A stretch of DNA of 64,000 nucleotides from Podarcis cretensis (taxonomy: Eukaryota). The stretch spans positions 39,122,001 to 39,186,000 of the forward strand of contig OX638152.1 of the NCBI GenBank assembly GCA_951804945.1. The letters are read 5' to 3'. A program made the position numbers and the translations under genes. Shown here in pieces: positions 45,674-59,347 of the stretch. The notes beneath the pieces are model-generated. The model was not told the origin of the DNA and ran no database searches. It worked only from the letters and a program-made list of their open reading frames with translations. The first letter of the stretch is position 1. Every line of letters begins with the position of its first letter.

Positions 45674-46048
45674 GTCACATTCTCCACCTTTAAACACACA
45701 CTCACACAATCTACAGCATGGCCTGACAGGGGGGAAAAATATAGCTGGTTAATGTTCATGCTAAAAAGAAAAAAAATCTGCTTCTAAGTTTTCCCTTCTA
45801 AGATTTTTGGATTTCTTTTTCCAACTGCAACCTTTCAACCTGAAATGTGGACCTGTGTGCTTGATGTGTACCACTTCGCACAGCACATTGATGCCCTGTG
45901 ATGTTCGTTTCTGAACTATGCAAAGACTGTTTTTCTGTATTTATTTGCAGTTTGTTACCTTCTGTACTTGTGGCTTATTGAACTTGCTCTCTTGCACCTC
46001 GGCAATCTTCTTCTCCACTCTACTGGTGAAATAATTTGCTCTTCTAAA

Positions 46049-46060
46049 AATAAAAATAAA
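46049..46060 (+). terminator. TAGLN3: Tandem AATAAA polyadenylation signals of TAGLN3
   Basis: AATAAAAATAAA about 375 nt after the stop. Confidence 0.7.
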
Positions 46061-46326
46061 TCAGGGGAAAAAACAATCTGGAAAAAGACTTGCTCTGTAA
46101 AGAGAGAAACACAAGGCTTTCTGTAGAGCAAAGCCAGGGTCTGATTTAATTGTTCCAAGAGGCAAGGAGGGAGAATATGTTTTGCAGTGTTTGATACCAA
46201 TGAGAAGAATGTGCCTAACTTTGAGCTCTAACGGGCTGTGATGCTGATGAGGATGATCCCAGTAAGGGGGGGGGGGCACCAAACCTGCAGCTTCAACCAG
46301 GTGCTATATGTCCAGATCTGCTATAC

Positions 46327-46575
46327 CAGGGATGGCCAACAGGTAGATTGCAACCTACTGGTAGATTGTGGGGTGCCTGTGGTAGATCACAGTAGATTGG
46401 ACTGCTTCCACTCCCCCCCCAAAAAAACAACAACTTTGAGCTCCCCCCAAAAGCTCAACAACTTTGACTTTCTAAGAAATGCCCAACAACTTTGGTCAAT
46501 CCAGTGGGTAGATCACCACCAGCTTTTTTTTATAGTGGGAGTAGATCGCAGTCTCTTGGAAGTTGGACAAGCCTG
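46327..46575. mobile_element. hAT MITE with GTAGATC subterminal repeats
   Basis: CAGGGATGGCCAAC / GTTGGACAAGCCTG ends; perfect 8-bp TSD TGCTATAC. Confidence 0.85.
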
Positions 46576-47062
46576 TGCTATACCTAGAAGAAATGAATGG
46601 GCTGACCTAACACAGGAAAGGTTGAATGAGCCAAACAATCCTATATTTATTTTAGGCTTGGTATGAATGTTTGTTGTTGCTAAACTGGCTTAATGGGTGC
46701 TTCATCCAATATATTCTTAGCCCTGGAAAGGAAGGAGAAACACAGAAGAAATCTTTATTTAAAGAATCCCAGGCCAGCCACACACCCAGCAGGCACATCA
46801 CAAGCAGGCCCACCACACACCCAGTTTTTAATTTTGTTTTTTGGAAATACACCAACAGCATCCTTGAGAACCTTGCTGGGTATGGTGGATCCATGGAATC
46901 CAAGGACATGATGGAAGTGATGCCTTCATGGCCAGAGGCAGTAATGCTTCTGATGCCAGTTGCTGGGTGCCCCATGAGGGTGGGGATGCTGTTGTCTTGC
47001 TTGTGGGTTTCCTGAAAGCATCTGGTTGGCCACTGTGAGAACAGGATGCTGGAACAGGATCC

Positions 47063-47336
47063 TGCTCTAGAGGGTAGGACTCGAACCAATGGCTTCAAGT
47101 TACAAGAAAGGAGATTCCGACTAAACATACAGGAAAACTTTCTCACAGTAAGAGCTGTTTGACAGTGGAAAAGTCTCCCTCGGGAGGTGGTGGGCTCTCC
47201 TTCTTTGGAGGTATTTAAGCAAAGGCTTGGTGGCCATCGGTCATGGATGCTTTAGCTGGGATTCCTGCATTGCAGGGGGTTGGACTAGATAGGTTCCCTT
47301 CCAATTCTACAATTCTGTGATTCTATGATTCTGTGA
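47063..47336 (+). mobile_element. CR1 LINE 3' end, apparently nested in an older CR1-like tail (~46900-47357)
   Basis: GRTRTNGFKLQERRFRLN motif and (ATTCTRTG)n terminal repeat. Confidence 0.88.
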
Positions 47337-47360
47337 CTGGATAGGCCATAATGTTCTTTT

Positions 47361-47866
47361 CATTGAATTGTAGAGTTGGAAGGGACCCTGAGAATTATCT
47401 GGTCCAACCCCCTGTAATGCAGGAATCACAACTAAAGCATCCATGACAGATGACCATCCAACCTCTGCTTAAAAAGCTCCAGGGGAGGAGAACCCACCAC
47501 CTTTCATGGGAGTCTGTTCCACTCTTGAACAGCTCTTACTGTGAGAAAGCTCTTCTTGATGTTCAGTCAGAATCTCTTTTCTTGTAACTTGAAGCTGTTG
47601 GTTCGGATCCTACCCTCCACAGCTGGAGAAAACAAGCTCTTCTCCATGTGACAGCCCTTTAGATATTTGAAGGTGGCTACCATATCTCCTCTCAGTCTCA
47701 TCTTAGGCTAAACATATGAAGCTCCTTCAACCATTCTTCATAAGGCTTGGTCTCCAGACCCTTGATCATCTTGGTTGTTGTCCTCTGCACATGTTCCAGG
47801 CTGTAAATATCCTTCTTAAATTGTAATGCCCAGAACTGGACACAGTACTCTGGGTGTGGTCTGATA
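47361..47866 (-). mobile_element. CR1 LINE 3' end
   Basis: ORF 47698-47886 [13 protein letters not shown]...[13 protein letters not shown]; CR1 3'UTR. Confidence 0.9.
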
Positions 47867-50800
47867 GAGCAGGAATATGTCTCCACATTGCCCAGAAACA
47901 GAGGGCTTCTTGCTGGCCAGCCTGATGATATGGTCAGACAACATGCAGTGACACATGCAGCACTTACTATGAAACCAACTCTATTGGTTTATGACTTACC
48001 TTCCTAATTCATTCTCTCCTCCTCCCTTCCCATTACATCAGAAAGTAGGCAGGAGTGGGAGTCCTACAAGGCTTAGAGGGAGCATTTAAACATTTCTCTA
48101 CACCCAATGGTCTCAAGGAAAATTGTCCCCCAATGTCTGGGGTTGGAAGGAGAATAGCTATTCAATTTCTAAAAGCATGCTTGTAAATTGTCTACATCTG
48201 GAAGTGCCCTTCTCCCAAATAATATAGAGAGTAAACACACAGCTCCTGTGTGATTTCCAACAGGCCTGCAGGAAGGCATCTGAGACCCAAATACTGCACT
48301 GTGCGCACACAAGCATCCCTGGCCTTAGCATTAATCAGTCTAAATTTGGCACCATTCAGCCTGTTCCATTTTTAGAGAAATGTGATGCCATCTTCTTCCT
48401 CTATATACTGATTCTATGATGAATTATGGTTCAATAAAACCAGGCACAACTAAGATAATAAAGACTGCAAAGGACAATAGGATCCTAAAACAGCATCCGT
48501 CATACCCATATCCTGCTATATTTCAAAGAACACTTTTTGAAATGGCAAACGCTGAAAAGGTTTCTTAACTATTATAGGGTAAGACACATCATAAGCTATT
48601 CCGGACCTGCATTGTTCAGGGGTTTGTGCACTAGCAAAAGAACCTTGAACCTGGCACATGCAGCATTGCTGCCTGAGGCAGTCACCTCACTCTGCCTAAT
48701 GGTAGGAATGGCCGCAGTGATAATCCGTAAAGCTGCATGCTTTGCCTGCTAGATGATGGCACATGCTAAACAGAAGCTGCTCAAAGTCACATGATCATAG
48801 CAGTCCTCCGGTTTAGTTTTGGTCAGACAATGGCCTCCCACAAAAGCAAGAACCAGTATGCTTCTCTCTTCCTACATCCAGCCTGGTCTGCTCTGCTCTG
48901 AATGCGTCAGCCCAAGCAAAGCTTATTACAACAGGCAGGAAACACAATAAATCCTAGGATATCCAGTTAGCCAGTTCAATCAAATCAAGGCTTGGGAACA
49001 TTACAGTAATACAATACAAGTAAGCTTTAATTGACAAAGGAGGGGGAAAGATGGAAGGAAGGATTCCGCCACCGCCCCCACCGCTGCCGCCACACACACA
49101 CTGTGGGAGTTTGCTCATTAGCAAATGTGGCTGGTTTATTGTGAAACATTTCAGTTGTTCCTGTCACCCACTGTTCCTAAGTAAGCGAGAGAAATGGTGT
49201 TGAAATGATCTCCTACAGGCCTTTCCACACACCCCTTCCATTTACTGCTCATCTGCTCCCTCTTCTGCAAATCCCCATCTTTCAAGCCGGGTTGTAGCCA
49301 TGGGAGGTTTTTGGGGACCTGGCCATTGAAGTGATTCAAGCTTCCTCCCTTAAATGCCCAGCTTTCACGAAAAGTAAAAGTTCCTATGGAGATATAAAGA
49401 TATATCCCCATATAAGTCTGGCACTGTGTTACTTTAATCTTTTTTTTTTAAATCATCCAGCAAAAGAGAAAGATAATCTTTGTGCTGATGATATTTTAGT
49501 ATCCTATTGTTGGCTGCAGTTTTTATTATCTTAAAAGATGACTGGTTTTATTGTGCTTTATTTATCAATTTTATTTATTCATCATGGGTCCAATATATAT
49601 TGAAAAAACAAAGTATTTTTTGTCTGAATTTAGCACCTTTTTTAAAAAAGGAAAAGGCTTATGTGTTCAGGTACCACTAGATTCATGCCTATATCCTCAA
49701 GCTCATCCAAGCAATAGCAGCTAGCTGGGAATCATTGATGGCTATACTATATTCAGAGTGACATCTCAGTCAGAACAGATGTGAAGGATGTTATCTTAGA
49801 AGCGATTAGTAAACATTCTCAGTGTACAGTTTTCTGAGAGAATCTGCATCAGGGATGGGAAACCTGTGGCCCTTCAGACAGGGCCAGTCCTATCATTAGG
49901 CAATGTGAGACAGCTGCCTCAGGCAGTCTATAATCAGTTCTGTATGCACAATGGGAAAAGGAGCACCATCCAGTCCTTAATCTCAGGCAGTGAAATGTTT
50001 TGAGCCAGCCCTGCCTTCAGATGCTGGGGAACTCCTAACACCCAGCAGTGCCAGCCAGCCAACATGGACAGAGATATTGGGAACTGGCATGCAGCAATAT
50101 CTGCAGGGTCATGGATTAGCCCTGCTAATCTACCTCAAGTAGAGTCTCCATGAGTCAGCTCTGTGTCTGTAAGGGAGCTCTTTCAGAACCTGTAAGAACA
50201 GCCATTCCACTGGCCAGTTTTGAATGGAAAAGTGACCCTCCCATCCTTCCAGGTGACTGGAAAATTCACATTTCCAGCTTTGTGTGTATTTCACCCACAC
50301 CCAGACGATAGTTGTTCAGGGCTGCAACCTCAGGTCTCTGTCAATGCATCATCTGTGACCTTAAATAATGTTATAAAATAGAGACTTACTGCTGTGTTGG
50401 AGCAGCAGGAATAAATATGGCTAGAGTTGTGATGAATTTAGTACTGCATACTGTGCTGTGACCTTTAGTTCTAATGAGATTTCTCTGAAATGGCCCCCAT
50501 GATAGAAATTCTCTCTTGCTGCCCTGATAATGGATCAATCCTAGCAGAAAATGATTAGTGGCAGGAGATAGACAATGCTTTGGAGCTGAGGCCTGTAACT
50601 GTATAGTCTGGAGCACAGGCAGATCTTCTGCTCAGAAGAAGAATCAACAAAATAGAATCCTTTAATTGTCTAGTGTCTTAATATTTGCTGATATGGTCAA
50701 CAACCAAAGGGAGGTCAGGAAAAAGAAAGGAAAATATATACATTATTTGCTTTGGGACATCTTCATTCTCTTCTGTTTTGTCTTATTTAGTAAACAATAA

Positions 50801-53284
50801 CAGGTATACATAAATAACCCATTTAAAATGTGTATCATTCAAAATCTCAGATACAACATAATCTGTGGACCTATTGCAGCCAACCTTTTAATAGCTGTGC
50901 ATGCAATGAATTCTTATACTTTGGCAATCCTGGTTTGTATAAACAAGCACTGCTGAATCAGGATAGGCTGAATGAGAGCTTGCTCATACAAATCAACCTT
51001 TAGTGATTTATGATTTAGTTGATTATATAAATGACTCTGAGATTTTCCCAGATATTTGCCTTGTTGCTGCGTGTGCAGTTGAGACAGCTAGACAAATACA
51101 ATTTTTGCTATTGATAATGTTTATTCAATAAATCATGCATATCAAAGGAGGATTGGATTGTAAGTAGGGGGAAATATACAAGTCACACGGCTTCACACAT
51201 GATAGGGATATGGCAATATATAATCTTTGGGGCTTATTATGTCTATGGAACTGTAAGCTATTAACTGGTTAACATTTCCCATTTGGAGGACAGTTTCTAA
51301 AAGCCACATGTCCATGTCCCTAAGCTATCTCTTGCTAAAGTGCTTGTTCAATAATGTGTGAAATGCAATGAAGTGTGATGGGTTTGCACATGACTGCTTG
51401 GTTTCTGTTGATGGGTAAAGGAAATTATAAAGGTGCAAACAGAGGCCTGAAATGCTAATTTAGTTTGGTTATCAGTCCGGTGTTTTTAGAAGTGACTAAA
51501 CTATTGTTTTAGGTAGAATTCTTATAATTCCTAAGATACACTATAGGTCTTGGCTAGTGAGCAATCCACTGGGATTTCACTTTTTGAAGATCATTTCTCA
51601 GTCTTGAGCAGCAGCAAACTGAAGGCACCAACCTGAATCTTAGTAGTTTCTGGGTGCACCAATCTATTCAATATTATTATTGCCTGGCGGTATGAAGGAT
51701 GGGATGTGCTGTGGAGAGAGGAGATTCCTTCCCATTTATTCTTCCTCCCATTGCTGCAGTCCTGTTCCTTCACCATCCAACTTGTCTTGTCTCCTGCCAG
51801 GGATGCCACGTAATCTCCCTGTGCTTTGGTTCCTTCCCTTTCAGTTTCTTAGGTTGTATAGTGTGGTTTGTTGTCTGCTGCAGTACTGACACTGGTGTGT
51901 AGGTCAGCCAAAGATTAGAAGGAAAGAGATGTTAGTCAACACAGTTCAGGTGACCTAAACTGTCCATCACAGCATCATCTCCACAACAGGGGCACTCTGG
52001 TCTGTGGTGGCTACTGTTTTTTATGCAAGGGCCACATTTGCCCTTAATGAACCTTCTGGGGGCCACTCCACACAAGAGTGTGCACATATCTTGCAAGCAG
52101 TGATGGCTGGTGTCCACTGAGACTGGTAGGGTGAAAGTTTGGGAGACTGACAGATGGAGTCAGAACCAATGACAGGAGGAGACAACAAATTCTAATTTTG
52201 CCCCCATCCTCCTCCCTGCTGGCTTCTACGTGAGCAACAATGCAGGACTAAGGAGGAGGAAGCCATGTGACTCCTGCAGTGTGGGTCTGGCTGAAGCTGG
52301 TGGGGCAGAGCCCCATTTGCTCCTATGAAACACTGCTTGTCATAATAAATATAGTTTAGTATGAAAGGATTAGCATAATGTGTAAACTGATGGCATCCCA
52401 TTCCTTGCAGATGCGAGAATTATAAGGTATGGGTTAAACAACAAAGGGGCAAAAATGCAGTTTTGTCTGCTGCTGCGGCTAATTGTGATAACGGTGATGG
52501 TTTTAAGAATTAGAGTGAAAGAGTAAAATGTTGTGAGGTTCCAGATGGTTTGTGAAAAGGCTGAATAATTGCTAGTATAATCACTCATTCATGTAAGTGG
52601 GATTCTCAAAAGATGGCAAGAATCTGGAGTGGCTGCCATAATAGTTGGAACAGAAGTCGCTTTCTAAACTGCAACATTCAACCAGAATGCTTTTTGAGCT
52701 ATAGCGGGAAGACTGCCCTAAATGTTTGATGGACAGTGAATCTGATCCCTGTGAAATGCTGAGCTGTCCAATTTCTCACAAGGAATGGGTCGAGAATTCG
52801 GTTAAGCATCTGCATGCCTGGAAAAGAATCAGCTGCTCAATTTCTGCTCGTCATGCAGCTGTTGAAAGGCACAGGAGCCTTGCCAGAATAAAAAGGGTGG
52901 AAATGTTCCCTAACTCTATAGAGCAAGAGAACAGCATCCCAGCAAAAGAAGAAAATTCCAGTGTGAAGATTACATATCTTAAGTTAGAGCCTTTAAATAT
53001 CACACAAGGCAGTTACCAGTGGAGGTTTAGAATCAGAGTTTTCCTTCTGTTAGATGGACTACCTTCCCAGGTTCATGAGCCCCATCTGCCCCTGACTTCC
53101 CTCTGCAGCACATGCAGAAACTGGCTTCTTGACCATTGAACCCACTATTGGTGTCATCTCCTCCATTTACCAGAATCTGTCTTTACATGCAGGGGAAGTC
53201 CCTAAGTCATTAAGGTTTTGAACCCATTGACTACCCTCACTTGGTTTCGCCAGCCTGTTGAAGATGTTTCCAAGGTGTGGCCAC

Positions 53285-53315
53285 TGTTGTTGTTGTTGCT
53301 GCTGCTGCTGCTGTT

Positions 53316-53352
<37 letters not shown>
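53285..53352. repeat. Compound trinucleotide microsatellite (TGT)n(GCT)n(TAA)11
   Basis: Read directly. Confidence 0.9.
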
Positions 53353-54679
53353 TGCCATCCAGAGGGGGAGGAGAGGAAATTTGAGTCCTGTTGCATGACT
53401 CTGTTGGTACAGCATTGGATACACAGCCCCTTTTTAATTGCTTTTGTAGTCAATTTCATAGCACAATTTCCCCCTGCCCTATAAGACAATGCTGTAAATC
53501 AATAAACTAACATATTCCGAACTGTTTATACTGTTTGTTTTTGCTGCTTCCCCTTTTTACACACAGGGTCCCTTTTGCAGACAACCATTCAACAGTTTAC
53601 CTTGGCACACAACTACAAGAGCAATGTCTTAAAGGGATTCTTGTTCACATGATATGTGTATTATGTGCTAAGCATGAATTCTGACAGAGAGCTCAGAAGA
53701 AAGAATGCTGTCTGGCTGCCATTGTCAGTATTGCAAGGCCACTGCTATAAGTGCCACATGTGCCTCTCACTCACAATAGGCTGTGCTTTGAGAGCAGCAA
53801 CTGGGTAATGTGAGCAGTCCCTTAAGAATTTGAATCTACGATTTTCTGTACCTTGAATTCCTGCCGGAATAGGGTTGATGCAGGCAAACTGGATCCACAG
53901 ACGTAGATAAAGGTAGCATTTCAAAAAGCAATGAGAGATTGCTGGCTTCAGTTGAATAAAAGCAGCTTTAGGGATTCGTATAGCAAAGAATTGTGATACT
54001 CCCTGATGCCTGACCTTCTGAAACTGTGTCTAGAGACATGGACCTAGTTTACAAATTTGGCAAATCACTTACACGACTTTAAGTTGATTTTACGCTTATG
54101 ACATATATCTAGATGAACTTGCCATTCAATAATGGAATCGACACAAGATAATATCACCAAGGCAACTATCGGTAAACAAACAATAAATGTCCATAAAAAT
54201 GGCAAAAGTAGTTTCTGTCCCAAATAGGTTTTATCTTAAACAATAGCAAGCACTGTAAATAAAGAGTTCACTTTTAATATATCAGCGGTTCAGTGCTCAT
54301 TCTGGTAAACTGATGTTTCATTGCTAAAGAGCTTAGTCATCAATAGTAGTACATAATAAACAAGAGAAGACAGTATGTAAATGACTTAAAGCAGGGGTAT
54401 ATCTGACCCCATCTGCCTGTTTTCCATCAGGAGGAACACAGAAAGAGGACAATGTCTCGGTTTTTTGAGCTTTACAAATGACATGATGGGGCACCACCAC
54501 ACACCTGACCTCCAGTCAGTCATGTTGCTGTTGCTTGCCAGGAGGCAGGGGCACTGGGGAGGTTGTTGTGATGCAAATACGCCAGCAGAAGTGTTGGATA
54601 GGCTCTGCCAGTGCATTTGCACTGCACTGAAGTTGCCGCCACCTCCCCCTCTACTTCCCAGTATGCATAGGAGCCACCT

Positions 54680-54858
54680 CCTAGGGTCTGAGGAGTCTTC
54701 AGCTCCCAAAAAGAATATTTGAGGAGGCTGAGGGCCCAAAAGTTGATGGGAATTGCCATTCAAGTGGTGTGCTTGCACCACATCATGTGATCGATTATGC
54801 AGGGCGGGGCTTACCTGTTCCCCTGCCCCCAATATTTTATTTAAGTTGGCACCCCTGC
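54680..54858. mobile_element. Unclassified non-autonomous DNA element; second diverged copy at ~58545-58702
   Basis: Both share aaagttgatggg..ccattcaa..tcatgtgatc..aagttggca. Confidence 0.55.
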
Positions 54859-55176
54859 CAGTAAGCAGTAGGAAAACGCCCAACTGGAGGTCACACGTCT
54901 ACCACTGGTATGGCACATTACACAGAGGCTGTTTTAAAGTAGCAGCTGATACCACATGGCCAGATTGTTTGCATGATTGTGGCTCATCCTGCTGACTGGA
55001 TGATAGTCACCCTGCCATCTCAGACCTTTCATGCTGGGCGTTTGCAATCCAGTTTTGTTAGATGACTCTGGGTTTTAGAATTATGAGAGAGGGAAAGAAA
55101 TATCTCTGCATCTCCTTTCTCCAAGCCAAGCATACTTTTTGCACCACCATACAGCCCCTGGGAATTACAGGTGACT

Positions 55177-55346
55177 TTTCCGTGTGCGGCTCTGGCTCGC
55201 CAGAGCAGCGATGTCACGCTGGCCACGTGACCCGGAAGTGTCTCCGGACAGCGCTGGCCCCTGGCCTCTTAAGTGAGATGGGCGCACAACCCCAGAGTCT
55301 GTCAAGACTGGCCCGTACGGGCAGGGGTACCTTTACCTTTACCTTT
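55177..55346 (+). mobile_element. 5'-truncated Sauria SINE (subfamily A)
   Basis: Differs from 18728-18895 at about 3 of 170 positions; (ACCTTT)3 tail. Confidence 0.92.
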
Positions 55347-56121
55347 TGGGCCATTATTCCAAGGAAGTGAGCCCAACATTTTAAGCCCAATTTCAGATCT
55401 ATGTCACTTTAGAGTCCACTAATTCCAAGCACAAGGATCTTTTTACTATTTAAAGTTTTATCCCTAGCCCTAGTTACTTGTGGGGAAAGCCCCATTGAAT
55501 TCAGTAGGACTTCAATCTGTATCTGTATCTCTTTCCTGCAGAATGGGACTGTCACAAGTGGTACAAAATAATAAAACCCATTTTCTGTAGAGTGTACAAG
55601 AACCTCCAGGGGAAAAGACCACCCCTTTTTATGGCAAAAAAATTTTTAGACAAATACAGTGCTTGTCAGAGACAATGATGTCAATATATATTTTTAGCAC
55701 AATTAAATTTAATATTATACTCTCTTTCCATCTTCTTCATTTCATTTTTTAAAATCTTTCTCGCTGAAGGGAAAAGCAGGATATTCCTTAAGTAAATCTC
55801 AGTATATATGGAATACCTGTTTCCAGCAAAGTATAAGAGTGGTTTTTGATTTGTTTTGTTTTCTATGCTGGCAAAAATGTGCTTTTCAAGATGTCATAGG
55901 CTACATAATTTTAATGGAAGTGAAATGTTTGGGCTTACTTCTACATCTAAAAATAAGCTATTGAGCTGATGACTAAGCTTCCTTGCTCATTTAAGAGCTC
56001 TCTTTAAATACAATAATGGTTCAATCACCTGGGATACATATTCCTAATTTTGGAGGAAATTATTGATTGAATGAAACTGAAGGCAGTGTCCTTGTCTGTC
56101 TTCTTTTCAATACAAACTATG

Positions 56122-56300
56122 GAGAACAAAAAGTCATTTGGCACCTCAAAGACTAACAAACCTGTTATGGGGCAAGCTTTCATGGACTGCAGTCCACTTC
56201 ACCAGATGAATGATGTAATCCTAAATTGGCAAGCACCTGTCCATAGGAGGTGGAAATGCAGAGGAGTGAGGTCAGGGGGCATGAAGGGCAAAAACAGAAG
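56122..56300 (-). mobile_element. Penelope-like element terminal fragment with decayed hammerhead motif
   Basis: tggcacctcaaagactaacaaa...aagctttcatggactgcagtccacttcaccagatg resembles reptile Penelope ends as recalled. Confidence 0.6.
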
Positions 56301-59296
56301 AGTACAGCAGTTAGCAGGAAACAGACTAGTGACAGTGGAAAATACAGCATTGGTAATAACACAAACATTTTGGCACTGGTAAGCCAATTAGCACCAGTTG
56401 ATGAAAAAATACATTCACACTTCCACCGCTAACAGTTTCAAAGTTGACAGGAACAGCATCTTCCAACCATCAACTGCCTGTTCTCAGCATCTGTTACTCC
56501 AAGATAAACTGTTCAAGAGACTGTTGATATATCACATCAATGGAAAGAGAAGCTGATGAGACTTTCTTTTGGTCACTTGGATGAAAGGGTAATGAAGCAA
56601 AAATGTTAGCCAATAGGAATTGATGCGTCTTCTGTGGCCTTAAAATGTCACAGGGAGCTGAATGGATGATTAGCTATAATATGTGCTCTGTTACCCTTTC
56701 AATATCCATGGCCTATCATAGAGAAGAAATATGCTAACTTCATCTACATAAATTCATTTCAATTTGCTGGATTACACTTGTTACAACTGCGTTATAAGCC
56801 AGACATTTTATTCTCTGTTGATGACAGTTATAGATTGGGTCTGGAAACACTATGAAACTTCTTTTTTTAAGACCCCCCCCCCCACCAGTCTTTAATTTTC
56901 ACAAGTCAAATGTTGAAATTCAGCAGAAATTGATGGATTTCAATTACAAGCTGGATATTAATCAACAAAAGAATCTACTGCCAGCCATAAGAGTCAAAGA
57001 TCTGAGCTGCCCATGTGTTTGACTTTGAGGAATGTACCTCAAGAAAAGAACTGAAATCTATGTGGTAGTGGTAAGGGACCATTTCCCCATGATGTTGGGT
57101 TTCTTTAATATTGTGCTGGTCCTTCTGCAATGCAGTACAAGGCAGTACAAAGAAACAGCTGGGCTGAATTATCTTTGCAGCTGGTGTGACAGACAAGAGC
57201 CACAGTGTCCTCTAGTGGTTGTGAGTTCCAATTAACACATGAGACTGACTTCTACCAGGCCAGCCCATTGGTCAGCCACATATTAGCTACTCTGACCAGC
57301 TGCAAGGCTGCTTGGAAGATGTCATTCTACCTGCAGAACATGTACTCTACCGCTGAGCTCTCTGCTACCTTTCCCAGCATCTCACAGGAGAGTTTACAAA
57401 GATGGTTGAACATTCAGGAATAGTTCCTTATCTGTTTTTGGAAAGGGCTAGGGGTAATGACAAGAGTTTTCTTGGGTTTGCTTTAACTGTTCAACACTGA
57501 ATTTGTGCTGTTTGTGAGCAGCGGTTCACTCTATGTGACATATTAGGGCATGCCATTTTAGGGGGTGAAACATAGTTTTTGCCATTTACTTCAATGAGGA
57601 GTCTTTAAAACATGTTTTTGGTGTGAGGAATTCAAATATGCTATAAGTTTTGTGGTCAGACAACACTCAGCTTTGTCAAGGTTTGATGAAGGAGCACATA
57701 AACTGCTTTCAGAAACCCAAGAAATTTAATTTCACCTTCTGAAAATGTCAGGGAATGCTAAATAATAGTAATAAGAAATAATATTGACATATAATATAAC
57801 TGCAAGTGCTAGGCAATCATTTTTAATGATTTCTATGAAATTTTACGTATGCTTTACTTACCAAGCAAAACTAAATTATATTAATTTAACCAGAATAACT
57901 TTTGAGTTCCCAAGTCACGTTACAACTTTTTAGCACCGCTCATTTTTAAATTTGAAGGTCGAAAAATTCAGTCAAAATGCCCTAATGTTATGTGCAGGAG
58001 ATGTGGTAGGGCTGAGTCTCAGCTTCATGCATGCCTCTGACCTGGGTTGTATACCCTAACCACACAACCAGCTCATCTGTTATCATTTATTTTCTTTATA
58101 CAAGTTACATACCAGTTATTATAAAAAAAAGCTCCCTCTGCTATCCTCATGTGACCCCCTGCACCTCAACCCCATCTGCCTCAAGGGGTTAGAGAAATAG
58201 ATTTGGATGGTGACATAGGCTCACACCTGATTATCTTGCAATGTTCTACCACGGTTTACTGTTATATTCAAACAGGACTGCTAAACTACTTAACGTCTGC
58301 AGCATAGTTATACTCTTAGATTAATGTGCAAACCTGAATGTTCTGTTTAATTGAAAGAAGCAAGGGATAAATCACTAAGAGGAGGCAAAGGGTATCAAAA
58401 GGCCACATCCATCTAGGTTCAGAATTAGGTTAGTGCAAAAAAAATCTTATGCAACCTACATGCAGAACTCTGCTGTTCTAGTGATGCCCAGTTGCAATGC
58501 CAGCATCGCTATGTGCAGTGCATGGGAACCAACTCCCTGGACCCTGCAAAGTTGATGGGCATTCCCATTCAAAGGATGTGTGTGGACTGTGTCATGTGAT
58601 CAGTTATGTGGGGCAGGGCTTTCCTGGGCCCTCACAATACTTTATTCAAGTTGGCATCCTTGGTGCAGTACTGGGTTTCCCAATAAGCAGACTAAGCACT
58701 TCCTTAGGTCACCTACAAAGTGGGGGCACCAAAAAAGGAGATTTTTAAAAATAGAATTTAACATCTGATATTTCAAAAACAACAACATTGAAGTAGTCAT
58801 CGAAAACAGAACTTTGTGAGACTTCTTTACACCCCATTCCCTCTTCTTTCCCTGCTGCTCTGTTTTAATTACTTTTAATTACTTATCCTTACCTAAACCA
58901 GCAGGCACCCTGAGAGGCGCTGCCATTGAAAGGTGTCTAAGCCTTGCTGCTAACAATGTTAAAGTATACATAATATACAAATACAATATTTTTTAATGTA
59001 CTATAGGAGTAGGAAGATAATTTGAGCAGCCAAATTTGGAGTCCAGTGCTGCTTGATAATGTTTTGTTTCTTTTGAAATGTTCACAGCAGCGGCAGAAAA
59101 GGGCAGATGAAATTACCAATGGAAATTCTTCGATGTAAATTGATGCCACCCCAGGAAAGTCTGCTTTGACGGTGTTGCCAGTTCTTCTTCAAACATAGTT
59201 TCTAACAGTCCTTGGCAGTAGATACCTGCAGCTCTCAGTGTGCGAGTTCTGTTTATTTGTTTGCTTGCTTGCTTGCAAAGAATCAGCCTCCTAACA

Positions 59297-59347
59297 ATGG
59301 ACGAGCAAGGCAGTGACAGACCTGCTAATCCTGAAGATGAATTAAGT
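59297..59347 (+). CDS. TMPRSS7: TMPRSS7 first coding exon (MDEQGSDRPANPEDELS)
   Basis: ACAATGG Kozak, AGT|gtaagt donor, phase 0 fits next exon. Confidence 0.75.

Noticed and set aside
53218-53484. ORF with poly-Leu/poly-Ile as a membrane protein
   Set aside because: Translation of a compound microsatellite.
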